Source: Blastocatellales bacterium (GTDB lineage: Bacteria > Acidobacteriota > Blastocatellia > RBC074). Taken from it: a stretch of DNA of 64,000 bases. The position numbers and the translations under genes are program-made. The notes beneath the pieces are model-generated. The model did no database searches, was not told the origin of the DNA, and was given only the letters and a program-made list of their open reading frames with translations. Positions 20,783 through 35,469 of the stretch are shown piece after piece. The stretch is taken from contig JBFWQI010000003.1 of NCBI GenBank assembly GCA_050249535.1, forward strand, positions 54,750 through 118,749, read 5' to 3'. Numbering within the stretch: position 1 is the first letter of the stretch; each line of letters begins with the position of its first letter.

Positions 20783-21820
20783 TTACTCCTTCGGAGCGTA
20801 GTAGCCGTTCCTGGCGCGGATGCGCAGATCGGGCTGTTTAGGGATGCGGACGCCGATCCGGCGAAACCTCCCGTCATTCGTCTCGTTGGTCGGATAATAT
20901 CCGAGCAGGTACTGGGCCTGCAGTTCGTTGGCGATCTGGGCGAAGACCTGATTGAGGTCTTCCAGCCTGTCGGGAAGAAACGAGAGCCCGCCGGTTTCGG
21001 CGGCGAGCCGCGTCATGCCTTCGTGTCCTCGGAGACTGATCTTGTTCAGCCTGATCGATGGACCGCTCGGATTGATCGAATAGAAGAGGGTGTCGCTCTT
21101 CTGGATCTCACGCATGGCATCGAGCAGGTTGTGTCTTTCACTGTTTGTGTCCTCGCCATCCGAGATGATGATCATGACCCGGCGGACCCCGGGGTTGGCC
21201 CGGTCATCGAGGTAACGCGCGGCGGCGACGACCGAATCGAAGAAGGCCGTCGATTCTTCGGTCGGCTCGATATTCATCGTCTCGCGGATCGCCCTATCGA
21301 TGTCGCCTGTCCTCTCGACGGCGACCTTCGGAGCCCGTCCGACGGCCAGAACCGACACGTAATCGCCGGGTTTGAGCAGCATGCGCAGGAATCTCGCCGC
21401 CGCCTCCCGCTCGAAGTCGAACTTGTTGCGGATGCTGCGTGAAACATCGAAGAGCAATGCCAGCTCCAGCGGAGTCTTGCCCGGCTCGCCCAGCGTCTGG
21501 ACCTGCTGCCGGATGCCTTCCTCTTCCAGAAGAAAGTCCTCGGCGCTCAGACCCAGCACGGTCTGCCCTGTGATGTCGGTTACTGATACGGGCACCGTGA
21601 CCAGCGTCGAGTTGATCCTGATCGGCTCTGCATCCAGATCAGGATCCTTCGGATCAGCCTTGCCGGTCGCGGGCTTTTCGGGTTGAACCGGCGGTTTCGG
21701 GTCCTGGGTTGCTGGCGGAGGCTGTTCGGATTTGTTGACGCGCCTTTCGCGTGTCGTCTGAGCCGACACGCCGGTTGCGATCGCGATCAGAAGAATCGCA
21801 GTCGTCAGCCTCCTGAACAT
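20783..21820 (-). CDS. Secreted von Willebrand factor A domain protein (VWFA-related acidobacterial-domain type)
   Basis: Signal peptide MFRRLTTAILLIAIATGVSAQ. Motif LALLFDVSRS (DxSxS MIDAS-like) and MIIISDGEDT. Overall similarity to second copy at 38295-39458. Start at second ATG (21820) preferred for a canonical signal peptide; first ATG 21859 possible. Confidence 0.75.
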   Translation of the reverse strand: MFRRLTTAILLIAIATGVSAQTTRERRVNKSEQPPPATQDPKPPVQPEKPATGKADPKDPDLDAEPIRINSTLVTVPVSVTDITGQTVLGLSAEDFLLEEEGIRQQVQTLGEPGKTPLELALLFDVSRSIRNKFDFEREAAARFLRMLLKPGDYVSVLAVGRAPKVAVERTGDIDRAIRETMNIEPTEESTAFFDSVVAAARYLDDRANPGVRRVMIIISDGEDTNSERHNLLDAMREIQKSDTLFYSINPSGPSIRLNKISLRGHEGMTRLAAETGGLSFLPDRLEDLNQVFAQIANELQAQYLLGYYPTNETNDGRFRRIGVRIPKQPDLRIRARNGYYAPKE

Positions 21821-21921
21821 CTCGAAAGTATTGCCTGAGCCGAAATTGGTACCAAACATAGATCTTCGGTCACTCCTTCTCCTGGTACTTGTCCCGGATA
21901 AAATAACACCTCAAGCACGAA

Positions 21922-21953
21922 GTGGCGAGCGGAACCGGATGCGCCGCTCGCCA
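21922..21953 (-). terminator. Possible intrinsic terminator downstream of ompA-family gene
   Basis: GTGGCGAGCGG...CCGCTCGCCAC hairpin. On the minus-strand transcript it is followed by a moderately U-rich tract. Confidence 0.35.
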
Positions 21954-21986
21954 CTCAGAGTATCCTTTGCGGATTTTATGAACCGG

Positions 21987-23018
<1,032 letters not shown>

Positions 23019-23430
23019 TCTGTTGTCCCTCCCAATGCTGTTTCCCAATTATTTGGACATTTAATCCACCCGATAACATTGCAATATACGTACCAGAAAC
23101 GGGTGAGCGTTGTCTAAATTGTTGATGAATCTGGTTTTATGCGGATTCTCCCGGTATAGTTGCGATTGTGTTCGATAAGTAATCATTCGAAACTAATACA
23201 CTATTTCGCGCTGTAATGCAGATATTACATACAGTTTGGTGTACAGAAAAGGGAAAATAGTACACTTTCAGACTCAGGTTTATCATTGTCGATCTGTCGC
23301 TGAATGGTCAGCATCGTTAAGTGTCGTACAGTTCGGCGCTTCCGGTATTGACAAATGATCGTGCATGCAAATTGAATAGGCATCTGCATGAAATTCTGGA
23401 ATAGTTGAACCGCCAACAGGAGGAAAACCG

Positions 23431-23841
23431 ATGTTCAAGGAATTCAAGGAATTCGCGATGAAGGGGAATGTGATGGATCTGGCGATCGGCGTGGTAATCG
23501 GAGGCGCCTTCGGGAAGATCATCACGTCGCTGGTCGAGGACGTGATAATGCCTCTGGTCGGCCTGCTGCTGGGAAAGATCGATTTCACGAACCTCTTCGT
23601 GACGCTCTCCGGAGGGACTTATGCCACGCTCGAAGAGGCGAAGAAGGCCGGCGCTTCAACGCTCAATTACGGGCTCTTCATTAATAATATCGTCAATTTC
23701 CTGATCATCTCGCTTTCGATCTTCCTGGTGGTCAGGGCTCTGATGAGCATGAAGAAGAAGGCTGAGGAGGCTCCGGCCGCGCCGCCAGCACAGGAGGTCC
23801 TGCTGACGGAGATCCGGGACATCCTCAAAGCCAAAAATTAG
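23431..23841 (+). CDS. mscL: Large-conductance mechanosensitive channel MscL
   Basis: MscL N-terminus [44 protein letters not shown]. 136 aa. AGGAGG Shine-Dalgarno 7 nt upstream. TTGACA -35-like hexamer at ~23345. Confidence 0.95.
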   Translation: MFKEFKEFAMKGNVMDLAIGVVIGGAFGKIITSLVEDVIMPLVGLLLGKIDFTNLFVTLSGGTYATLEEAKKAGASTLNYGLFINNIVNFLIISLSIFLVVRALMSMKKKAEEAPAAPPAQEVLLTEIRDILKAKN

Positions 23842-23852
23842 ATTTCGATCCC

Positions 23853-23886
23853 GCGCGAAGCGCCGCTCCTGCGCGGCGCTTCGCAT
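23853..23886 (+). terminator. Intrinsic-terminator-like hairpin after mscL
   Basis: GCGAAGCGCCGC-TCCTGC-GCGGCGCTTCGC 12-bp stem immediately 3' of mscL stop, followed by a pyrimidine/T-containing tract. Confidence 0.5.
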
Positions 23887-24049
23887 CTTCCGATTCATTC
23901 CGAATATGGGATGTGAAATTCCCGCCAGCGGACAGTTTCATCCAAAAAATCCGATAAAAATCAACAAAAAGGCCGTTTTTACTCTGGCACGGTTGTTGAG
24001 TTATGCATTCCAAAATTATCCGCATGACCGACCGCAGGAGGAGCCGTAA

Positions 24050-26506
24050 GTGATGATTGATTCGATTATGAAGGATGTCAGATATGGCGCCCGGATGCTG
24101 CTCAAGAGACCGGGGTTCACGATAATCGCCGTGCTGACGCTGGCGCTGGGGATCGGGGCCAATACAGCGATTTTCACGGTGATCAATGCCGTGATGCTTC
24201 GTCCGTTGCCGTATCCGGAGGAGGAGCGACTGGTTGTGCTGCGCGAGAATCGCACGGATGCGCCGTGGGAGGATCGAGGCGTCTCGTATCCGAACTTCAG
24301 GGACTGGGAGAAGCGCGTCCGGTCATTCTCCTCGATGGGGATCATCCAGTTGACGGATGTGACAGTGGTCGAGGGCGGGGAACCGGAGCGTCTTACGGGA
24401 GCGATCGTCTCGGCCGGTTTCTTTCGCACTCTGGGGATCAAACCAGCGCTCGGACGTCTCTTCAGGGACGAGGACGATCTCCCGGGAGGTTCCGAGGGCG
24501 CGCAGGCGGTGATGCTCAGCCACTCCGTCTGGCAGTCGAGGTTCGGCGGCGATCCACGGGTCGTCGGGCGCAGGATCAGGGTGCAGGACAATGTGCTTCA
24601 GGTGACGGGCGTTCTGCCCGAAGGAATCCTCCCGTTGCAGAACGAACCCGTGGGATTTTGGGCAACCGTGGCGATGATGGGCGATCCGGCACGTGCGGGC
24701 ACGCCGAACGCAGGCCGCGGCTACCGCGCCTATGCCGCCGTCGTGGCCCGTCTCAAACCGGACGTGACCATCGACCGCGCGCGCGAGGAACTTGAGTCGG
24801 TCACAACGGGGATGCGCGCGGAGTACCCTGAGTCGAACGGCAAGTCCGGGGCGTCAATGATCGGACTGCGCGACCTGCTCATCTCCGACCTCAAGCCGAT
24901 GCTCTGGATGCTGATGGGACTGGTTGCAGCCATCCTGCTGATCGCCTGCGTGAATGTCGCCAACCTGATGCTGGCGCGCTCGCTGGGCAGGCAGCGCGAG
25001 ATTGCGATCATGGCTGCCCTCGGCGCCGGGAGAGGCCGGATCATTCGGCAGATGGTAACGGAAGGATTGCTGCTCGCCCTGATCGGCGGACTGATCGGAC
25101 TGCTCGTCTCCCAATGGGGCGTCGACCTGCTAGTCTCGACCATGCCGGCCGATGTGCCACGGATCACCGGACTGTCGCCAGACTGGCGAGTCCTCCTGTT
25201 CACTTTTGCCGCTGCCGCGCTGACCGGCATAATCTGCGGAATAGCGCCCGCCTGGCAGGCCGCCAGAACCGACGTCACTCAGGCGATGAAGGACGGTGGC
25301 TTAACCGTCTCCCGAGCCGGATCCGGCCTCCGAAACACGCTCGTCATCGGCCAGCTCGCGCTGTCGATGACTATTCTGATCGGAGCCGGGCTGCTCATCA
25401 AAAGCCTCATTAATCTTCAACAGGTCAACCCCGGATTCGAGACGGCCAATATTCTGACCGCGCAGTTCGTGCTTCCCCAGGAACGCTATTACAATCAGGG
25501 CTTCAGTCCGGAAGGCATCAACCTCTTCCTCTCCAAAGTGGAGGCCGAGGCCCGGCGTCTTCCCGGAGTTCGCGATGTCAGTTACGCGCAGTGTGTGCCG
25601 TTGACCTCGAACGAGAACAATACCTATTTTGAAGTCCTCGAGCGCCCGTCTCCGGCCGGCGAGAAGCTGGCAGCCCAGTTGAGGTTCATCGGCGCCGGTT
25701 ACTTTACGACCATCGGTATCCCTGTCCTGGCGGGCAGAGCCTTCACCGCTCAGGACGATCCGAAATCGAGACCGGTCGCGATCGTCAATCAGGCTTTCGT
25801 CAGGGAGCATCTCGGGGGTGAGAATCCGATCGGAAAAAGACTCAAACTCGGCTGGGGCGGAGAGGATCCGAAGGAGATCGTCGGCGTCGTCGGCAACGTC
25901 AGGCATCGCAGTCTGAGCGACGATGTCCGACCGGAGATGTACGTGCCGCAGGCCCAGTTCGTCAATGCCGGAATCACCCTCCTGGTGAGAACCTCCGGCG
26001 ATCCGTCGACGCTCGTCAATCCGCTCAAGTCGATAATCAGTCGTCTCGACCCGGAACTGCCCGTCATGGACGTCAAGACCATGAATCAGTATCGCGAGGA
26101 ATCGCTCTCCTACCCGCGATTCATATCCAGGCTCGTAATTCTCTTCGCCGTCCTCGGACTCGCGCTGTCGGTGATCGGACTCTACGGCGTACTCAGTTAT
26201 TCTGTCTCTCAGCGGACCGGCGAGATAGGAATCCGGATCGCTCTCGGCGCCGCCTCGACCGATATCCTCAAACTTGTGGTCTTCCAGGGGCTCAAACTGG
26301 TTGCAGTCGGCCTTATCCTCGGGCTCGCCGGCTCCATCGCCGTCACCAGGCTGGTCGAAAATCAACTTTATCAGGTCAGCACGACCGATCCCTTCGTCCT
26401 GACTCTGATAACTCTGATCGTCCTGATCGTCGCTCTGGCCGCCTGCCTGATGCCGGCGCGCCGTGCCGCCGGAGTCGATCCGATGGTCGTCTTGAGAAGT
26501 GAATGA
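24050..26506 (+). CDS. ABC-transporter permease with duplicated FtsX/MacB-like domains (ADOP-type orphan permease)
   Basis: 818 aa with two MacB-periplasmic-core plus FtsX 4-TM modules. No adjacent ABC ATPase gene. AGGAGGA Shine-Dalgarno before GTG 24050/ATG 24053. Confidence 0.85.
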   Translation: MMIDSIMKDVRYGARMLLKRPGFTIIAVLTLALGIGANTAIFTVINAVMLRPLPYPEEERLVVLRENRTDAPWEDRGVSYPNFRDWEKRVRSFSSMGIIQLTDVTVVEGGEPERLTGAIVSAGFFRTLGIKPALGRLFRDEDDLPGGSEGAQAVMLSHSVWQSRFGGDPRVVGRRIRVQDNVLQVTGVLPEGILPLQNEPVGFWATVAMMGDPARAGTPNAGRGYRAYAAVVARLKPDVTIDRAREELESVTTGMRAEYPESNGKSGASMIGLRDLLISDLKPMLWMLMGLVAAILLIACVNVANLMLARSLGRQREIAIMAALGAGRGRIIRQMVTEGLLLALIGGLIGLLVSQWGVDLLVSTMPADVPRITGLSPDWRVLLFTFAAAALTGIICGIAPAWQAARTDVTQAMKDGGLTVSRAGSGLRNTLVIGQLALSMTILIGAGLLIKSLINLQQVNPGFETANILTAQFVLPQERYYNQGFSPEGINLFLSKVEAEARRLPGVRDVSYAQCVPLTSNENNTYFEVLERPSPAGEKLAAQLRFIGAGYFTTIGIPVLAGRAFTAQDDPKSRPVAIVNQAFVREHLGGENPIGKRLKLGWGGEDPKEIVGVVGNVRHRSLSDDVRPEMYVPQAQFVNAGITLLVRTSGDPSTLVNPLKSIISRLDPELPVMDVKTMNQYREESLSYPRFISRLVILFAVLGLALSVIGLYGVLSYSVSQRTGEIGIRIALGAASTDILKLVVFQGLKLVAVGLILGLAGSIAVTRLVENQLYQVSTTDPFVLTLITLIVLIVALAACLMPARRAAGVDPMVVLRSE

Positions 26507-26515
26507 AAGTGGGGG

Positions 26516-26652
26516 ATTAAACGCCAGGAGCGCCAAGGTTAATTCAATGAAACGAGGGCCCGGATTCCAGCCAAGCGGCGTACGCCAAATGATTGGAACT
26601 GGTAGACAGGTTTCACTAATTAACCTTGGCGCTCTTGGCGTCTTGGCGTTTT
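26516..26652. repeat. MITE-like element, GCCAAG-triplet terminal inverted repeats (copy 2)
   Basis: Left arm TAAACGCCAGGAGCGCCAAGGTTAAT, right arm ATTAACCTTGGCGCTCTTGGCGTCTTGGCGTTTTA, about 75-bp core. Lies between convergent gene ends. Confidence 0.75.
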
Positions 26653-26670
26653 ATTCCCTCGGCGTTTCGA

Positions 26671-27609
<939 letters not shown>

Positions 27610-28014
27610 ATGTCCCTCCAATAAGTCCTTCCAGTAATCAGTTCTGCAGTCCAACCTGCAGGGATCAGCTTAAGGGGCTATCGAGGTTCCTGGAAGCATT
27701 ACCTCAGACCAGATTCAAATGTATGGGGTAACAGGGCGCCGGTCATCGGGAGTCGTGAGGAAAACGCTCGGTTCCAATCAGGAACGGATTTAAAATTTCA
27801 ATGTTCAGGCTCGGGGCGCCTGACCGGAGGTTCGCATCTTTTTCAGCGCTCAGGTCACGAAAGAACTTTTCGTGAGGTATCGGTCGCCCGATAATTCTCC
27901 GGACACACGTGCCTTTCAGGCACTCGAGCACGAAAACATCTTAACACACAAGGTGGTGGTTTTGACAATGTTTTTAATCATTTAGCAGGCGGGCGCGGTT
28001 CGGCCGCCTGCTTC

Positions 28015-29445
28015 TCAGGGGCGGTAGTAGAGGCCTACGTCCTGGACGCGGGGGCCGCCGAAGAAGCCTTCAGGGATCCTGAGAAAGCGCCCTTTGATCT
28101 CGAAGCGGCGTCTGACGAGCTCCCTGAATCCGGCATCGTGAAAGTCCTGCGGGTAAAGGTGATACCAGGCGGGGCCGGTTTGGGATTCCCAGAAGATGAG
28201 CGTCCCGGGTCGGGCGTCCCTGATGCGTTTGAGGTTGGTCTCGCGACTCCCTGTCAGGGCCGGGGTCCGGCCGATGTCGTGATCCATCACGATCCGCATG
28301 TATGCCTGGCTGGTGATCAGGTGCGAGACCGTCAGCCTGCTCGACGCGGGATCGCTGAGATAAGCGTTGTGAACCTCGTCGATCGCGATTGCATCCCTCT
28401 GCGAAGGCCAGATGTCGACATAGCAGAGGCAGAAGATGAGAGCGGGCGCGAGCAGCCATTCCGACCGCCATGCATGCGCGCGTCCTTCGAGTGAGGCGTT
28501 CCAGCCGATCAGTGAAATGATCGCGATCGCAGGGGAGACGCAGACGAGATAGCGAGCATAGCCCGCCGATCCGAACCAGCCGCGCCAGTACATTACCGAA
28601 TGGAAGCAGAAGAGGGTCAGAAATGACGCGGCGCCGAGCAGAAATATCCTTTGGCGGAGCGATCTGATCAGCCCCCGGATGAACCAGGGCAGGAAGAACG
28701 GGCCGACGATCAGCGGGAGCAGGATGAGATACCACCAGATCGGGCCGGTGCCGTTGGCCTGGCTCGCCACCTGCCAGTCCGACGGCCAGTTGTGCGCGAT
28801 CCAGAGTGGATCGCCGGTCAGCAGCAGGGCCGAGATCCACCAGAGCAGCATTCCCGACGCGAGCAGCAGCGGCCTCGGCAGAGATGATATTTCAAACCGA
28901 TCCTCGATCAGCAGGACGACTCCCCAGAGCAGTCCGATGAAGAATCCCTCGGGACGGACCAGGATCAGGAGCGATGCGGTCAGGGCGCCGGCAGTCTTCC
29001 TCCCGCTCAGGTGCAGCCTCAGCGCCGCGACGAAGATCAGCGCGAAGAGCGGCTCCGTCAGCGCGGTCGTGAAGAGCAGGAAGCAGGACGGCTGCAGGAT
29101 CAGCAGGGGCACGACCAGCCCGGCGCGCGCCAGCCCCAGGTCCCGCGCCAGCCGCCAGGTCTGCCAGCCCGTCGCCAGCGCGATGAGAAGCGTGAAGATC
29201 TTGGTTGCCGCATAGCCGGCCTGCGCCGGCAGGGAATAGACGAGCGTGAAGAGCGGGCGCGCCCAGACATTGACGAAATATGCGGGGTGCTCCCACGCCC
29301 AGCGCGCGAAGAGATAATGATATCCGGAATCCTGCTGGTCCGCGTCGGCATAGAGCATCACCAGCACCAGGCCGATGATACCGGCAGCAGCCAGCCAGAT
29401 CAGCGGCGATCCGCCGTCTCGTGAGGTGTCGCGTTCGGAGATCAT
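28015..29445 (-). CDS. Polytopic membrane protein, GT-C-fold glycosyltransferase-like (PMT/ArnT-like); paralog of 57316-58803
   Basis: About 12 predicted TM helices. Conserved blocks shared with the paralog (YLFARWAWEHPAYFVNVWARPLFT / TEPLFALIFVAALRLHLSGRK...LVRPEGFFIGLLW / LLTGDPLWIAHNWPSDW). Confidence 0.65.
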   Translation of the reverse strand: MISERDTSRDGGSPLIWLAAAGIIGLVLVMLYADADQQDSGYHYLFARWAWEHPAYFVNVWARPLFTLVYSLPAQAGYAATKIFTLLIALATGWQTWRLARDLGLARAGLVVPLLILQPSCFLLFTTALTEPLFALIFVAALRLHLSGRKTAGALTASLLILVRPEGFFIGLLWGVVLLIEDRFEISSLPRPLLLASGMLLWWISALLLTGDPLWIAHNWPSDWQVASQANGTGPIWWYLILLPLIVGPFFLPWFIRGLIRSLRQRIFLLGAASFLTLFCFHSVMYWRGWFGSAGYARYLVCVSPAIAIISLIGWNASLEGRAHAWRSEWLLAPALIFCLCYVDIWPSQRDAIAIDEVHNAYLSDPASSRLTVSHLITSQAYMRIVMDHDIGRTPALTGSRETNLKRIRDARPGTLIFWESQTGPAWYHLYPQDFHDAGFRELVRRRFEIKGRFLRIPEGFFGGPRVQDVGLYYRP

Positions 29446-29487
29446 TGTGAAAATGTTTAACTGATCGGGCTGTTGAATAAGTTTATT

Positions 29488-29626
29488 TCAGACAGGATTG
29501 ACAGGATTTGACAGGATTTACAGGATAATTTTGAAAACTCTTGCGGTCTGTTAAAGGAAATTTCCGGGCAAAAAGACCACTACATAACCCTGAATCAATC
29601 CTGTCAATCCTGTCAAATCCTGTCTA
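29488..29626. promoter_or_regulatory. Inverted arrays of 9-10-bp TGACAGGATT direct repeats flanking an about 65-bp spacer, upstream of GT-C-like gene
   Basis: Left arm 29488-29527 (AGACAGGATTGACAGGATTTGACAGGATTTACAGGAT) and right arm 29594-29626 (reverse complement) are near-perfect inverted copies, each containing 3-4 iterated (T)GACAGGATT units (also creating repeated TTGACA hexamers). Located 45-140 bp upstream of ATG 29445, downstream of ccsA. Confidence 0.55.
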
Positions 29627-29731
29627 AAATTCCATGCTCCTCAACAGCTTGAGCAGTTACGAAAAGGGGCAAAAATCAAAAGCCTCCGACTTTCGATTTT
29701 TGCCCCTCGGGACGATGACTTGTCCGCTGGT

Positions 29732-31354
<1,623 letters not shown>

Positions 31355-31419
31355 TATTTACCTCCTGGTATTAGAACACTTTCCGGTTTCTGGTTGTGAC
31401 TGCTCCAGCCTTGTCAATA

Positions 31420-33021
<1,602 letters not shown>

Positions 33022-33134
33022 GATTTATCCTGTATTGATGCTTTCCATCTAACTATAAAAGTCCGGGCGGATGAGTCAAAGTATAGCTTCAAGGTGGTGG
33101 ACAATCAACAGTCCGTCAAGCAGGTCCCGGTGGG

Positions 33135-34499
33135 TTGGCCATGACAGTGATCCGGATGTCGGATACAATTCTTTTTCGATACATCTGGATGACAGGAGAG
33201 GATGTGCAACCGGAGAGAGACGACAGGGGCGGGCCGGGAGAGTCGCGCCGATGCGAGTTCTGCGGAGAGATGACGCCGGCCGGGTTGTCCTATTGCGTGC
33301 ATTGCGGCGCGCTTTCGCGCGAGGCGCTGGAGGCGGCTCAGGAGTCGCGGGTCGAGAGGCGCTTTTTCGGCGCTCTGGCCGAGAGGCCGACGCCGGTGAC
33401 CATCGCCATTCTCGGCCTGAACATCGTCATCTATCTTTTGATGGTTTTCATCGCCGGGCGCTCATGGTTCAGCAACCTGGTCAACATGAGCGATGTCGGC
33501 ACGCTGATCGCTTTCGGCGCCAAGACCAATGAACTGCTCCGTCAGGGTGACTGGTACCGTCTGGTCACGCCGATCTTCCTCCACGGCGGACTGTTGCATC
33601 TGGCGACCAATTCCTGGGCCATCTACGTGATCGGCCCGCTGGTCGAAAAACTCTACGGTTCATCCCGCTACCTCCTGCTCTATCTGCTCTCCGGCATCGG
33701 CGGAGTGATCGGCAGTTATGTCGGCGGCCTGAGCGGATCCCAGAGCATCCCCGGCGTCGGCGCATCGGGCGCGATCTTCGGGCTCTTCGGCGCGCTTCTG
33801 ATCTTCGCCTGGAAGTACCGCACGGAACTGCCTCCGCGATTCCGAAAGTCGATCAAATCGGGCATCCTGCCGGTCATCGTGATCAATCTCTTCATCGGAT
33901 TTTCGATCCCCTTCATCGACAACGCGGCCCATATCGGGGGACTGATCACCGGGGCCGCGCTGGCCTTTGTGATCCCGTATCTGGCTCCGGGCAGTGCGCG
34001 CGTGACGGCCGTCGGACTGCTCATCCTGACGGGCTGCATCCTGCTGGTGGCGGCCAGCTTCACTGCGGCGTTTCGCTCGAGCGACCAGTATCTGGCGCGG
34101 CGGGCAGACAATATCCAGCAGTTTCTGGATGCCATCGGTCAGGCAGAGGACGTCACGGTCAGGTACGTCCGCGCGGCGAGCCGGCCGCAGGATGCCGAAC
34201 GGATCTCAGATCTCCGACCCGATCTCCGCGATGCCGCCTCGAGGCTCGAAAATGCAGGCGCTCCCGATCCCCGCGCCGAGGCGATCCGCAGGGAATGCCT
34301 CGACCTGATCAGAGCGCAACTGGCCGCCCTCGATTCTCCGGCGCCGAATGTCGAACAGATCGCCTCGCGACTGCTGAGAATCCGCGAGGATTTCAAAAAA
34401 TGGGTCGTCTCGGACGGCGAAAAATACGGGCTGAAACTGAAGGGAACCGAGCAGGTTTCCGGTTTCCAGTTGCCGGTTTCCAGTCCTGATCTGATTTGA
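33135..34499 (+). CDS. Rhomboid-family intramembrane serine protease with N-terminal zinc-ribbon and C-terminal soluble extension
   Basis: Rhomboid catalytic GASGAIFGLFGALL (GxSG) and HIGGLITGAAL (His). N-terminal CEFCGE...CVHCGA zinc ribbon. Last about 15 codons lie inside the left arm of a GTTTCCAGTTGCC repeat element. Confidence 0.85.
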   Translation: MAMTVIRMSDTILFRYIWMTGEDVQPERDDRGGPGESRRCEFCGEMTPAGLSYCVHCGALSREALEAAQESRVERRFFGALAERPTPVTIAILGLNIVIYLLMVFIAGRSWFSNLVNMSDVGTLIAFGAKTNELLRQGDWYRLVTPIFLHGGLLHLATNSWAIYVIGPLVEKLYGSSRYLLLYLLSGIGGVIGSYVGGLSGSQSIPGVGASGAIFGLFGALLIFAWKYRTELPPRFRKSIKSGILPVIVINLFIGFSIPFIDNAAHIGGLITGAALAFVIPYLAPGSARVTAVGLLILTGCILLVAASFTAAFRSSDQYLARRADNIQQFLDAIGQAEDVTVRYVRAASRPQDAERISDLRPDLRDAASRLENAGAPDPRAEAIRRECLDLIRAQLAALDSPAPNVEQIASRLLRIREDFKKWVVSDGEKYGLKLKGTEQVSGFQLPVSSPDLI

Positions 34500-34557
34500 A
34501 ATGATAAGGCTCACCTGCCTTTACCAAACATCTGGATACAAACTGGCAACTGGAAAC
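34455..34557. repeat. Small TIR element of the GTTTCCAGTTGCC family (copy A)
   Basis: Left arm GTTTCCGGTTTCCAGTTGCCGGTTTCCAG (34455-34483), right arm CAAACTGGCAACTGGAAAC (34538-34557). Overlaps 3' end of rhomboid CDS and precedes hbd Shine-Dalgarno. Confidence 0.65.
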
Positions 34558-34579
34558 TTCAAACATTTAGGAGGCAATC

Positions 34580-35467
34580 ATGTCTGTAAAGAAGATAGGA
34601 GTATTGGGAGCGGGCCTGATGGGGGCCGGCATCGCCCAGGTTGCGGCTTCCAGCGGGTACGATGTAACGATCGTCGAGGTGAGCGATGAGCTGGTCGCCA
34701 AAGGCATCGGCGGGATCGGGAAGTCGCTCTCGAAGTTCGTCGAGAAGGGGACGATGACGGCAGAGCAGCGTGACGAGACGCTCGGCCGCCTGCGCGGGAC
34801 GACGAAGCATGAGGATCTGGCCGACGCCGACCTGATCATCGAGGCGATCATCGAGAACCTGAATATCAAGCGCGAAACCTGGGCCCGGCTCGATAAGATC
34901 TGCAAACCGGAGACGATCCTCGCGTCGAACACCTCGTCCCTCTCGATCACGGAAATGATGACGGCTGCATCGCCTGAGCGGCAGCGTCGCTTCGTCGGCA
35001 TGCACTTCTTCAATCCGGTGCCGCTGATGAAGCTGGTCGAGGTGATCAGCACCATTCTGACCGACGAGGCCGTCTACGAGGAGGCGATCTCGGTCGCTCA
35101 GTCGATGGGTAAAACCGTCGTCCGGGCCGGCGACAAGACGGGTTTCATCGTCAATCGCCTTCTCGTCCCGTACATGCTCGACGCCATCCGCGTGCTCGAG
35201 GAGGGGCTGGCCTCGACCGTCGATATCGACAACGGGATGAAGCTCGGATGCAATCACCCGATGGGTCCGCTGACGCTCGCCGACTTCGTCGGTCTCGATA
35301 CCACCTACTACATCGCCAACATCATGTTCGATGAGTTCAGGGAGAAGCGCTTCGCCCCGCCGACACTGCTCAAGCGGATGGTCCAGGCAGGGCTCTACGG
35401 ACGCAAGTCGGGACGCGGTTTCTACGACTACTCCGATCCGAAAAACCCGTTGCCGGTGAAGCTCTGA
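34580..35467 (+). CDS. hbd: 3-hydroxybutyryl-CoA (3-hydroxyacyl-CoA) dehydrogenase
   Basis: N-terminal NAD-binding KIGVLGAGLMGAGIAQV. 295 aa typical of Hbd. AGGAGG Shine-Dalgarno 5 nt upstream. Confidence 0.9.
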   Translation: MSVKKIGVLGAGLMGAGIAQVAASSGYDVTIVEVSDELVAKGIGGIGKSLSKFVEKGTMTAEQRDETLGRLRGTTKHEDLADADLIIEAIIENLNIKRETWARLDKICKPETILASNTSSLSITEMMTAASPERQRRFVGMHFFNPVPLMKLVEVISTILTDEAVYEEAISVAQSMGKTVVRAGDKTGFIVNRLLVPYMLDAIRVLEEGLASTVDIDNGMKLGCNHPMGPLTLADFVGLDTTYYIANIMFDEFREKRFAPPTLLKRMVQAGLYGRKSGRGFYDYSDPKNPLPVKL

Positions 35468-35469
35468 AC

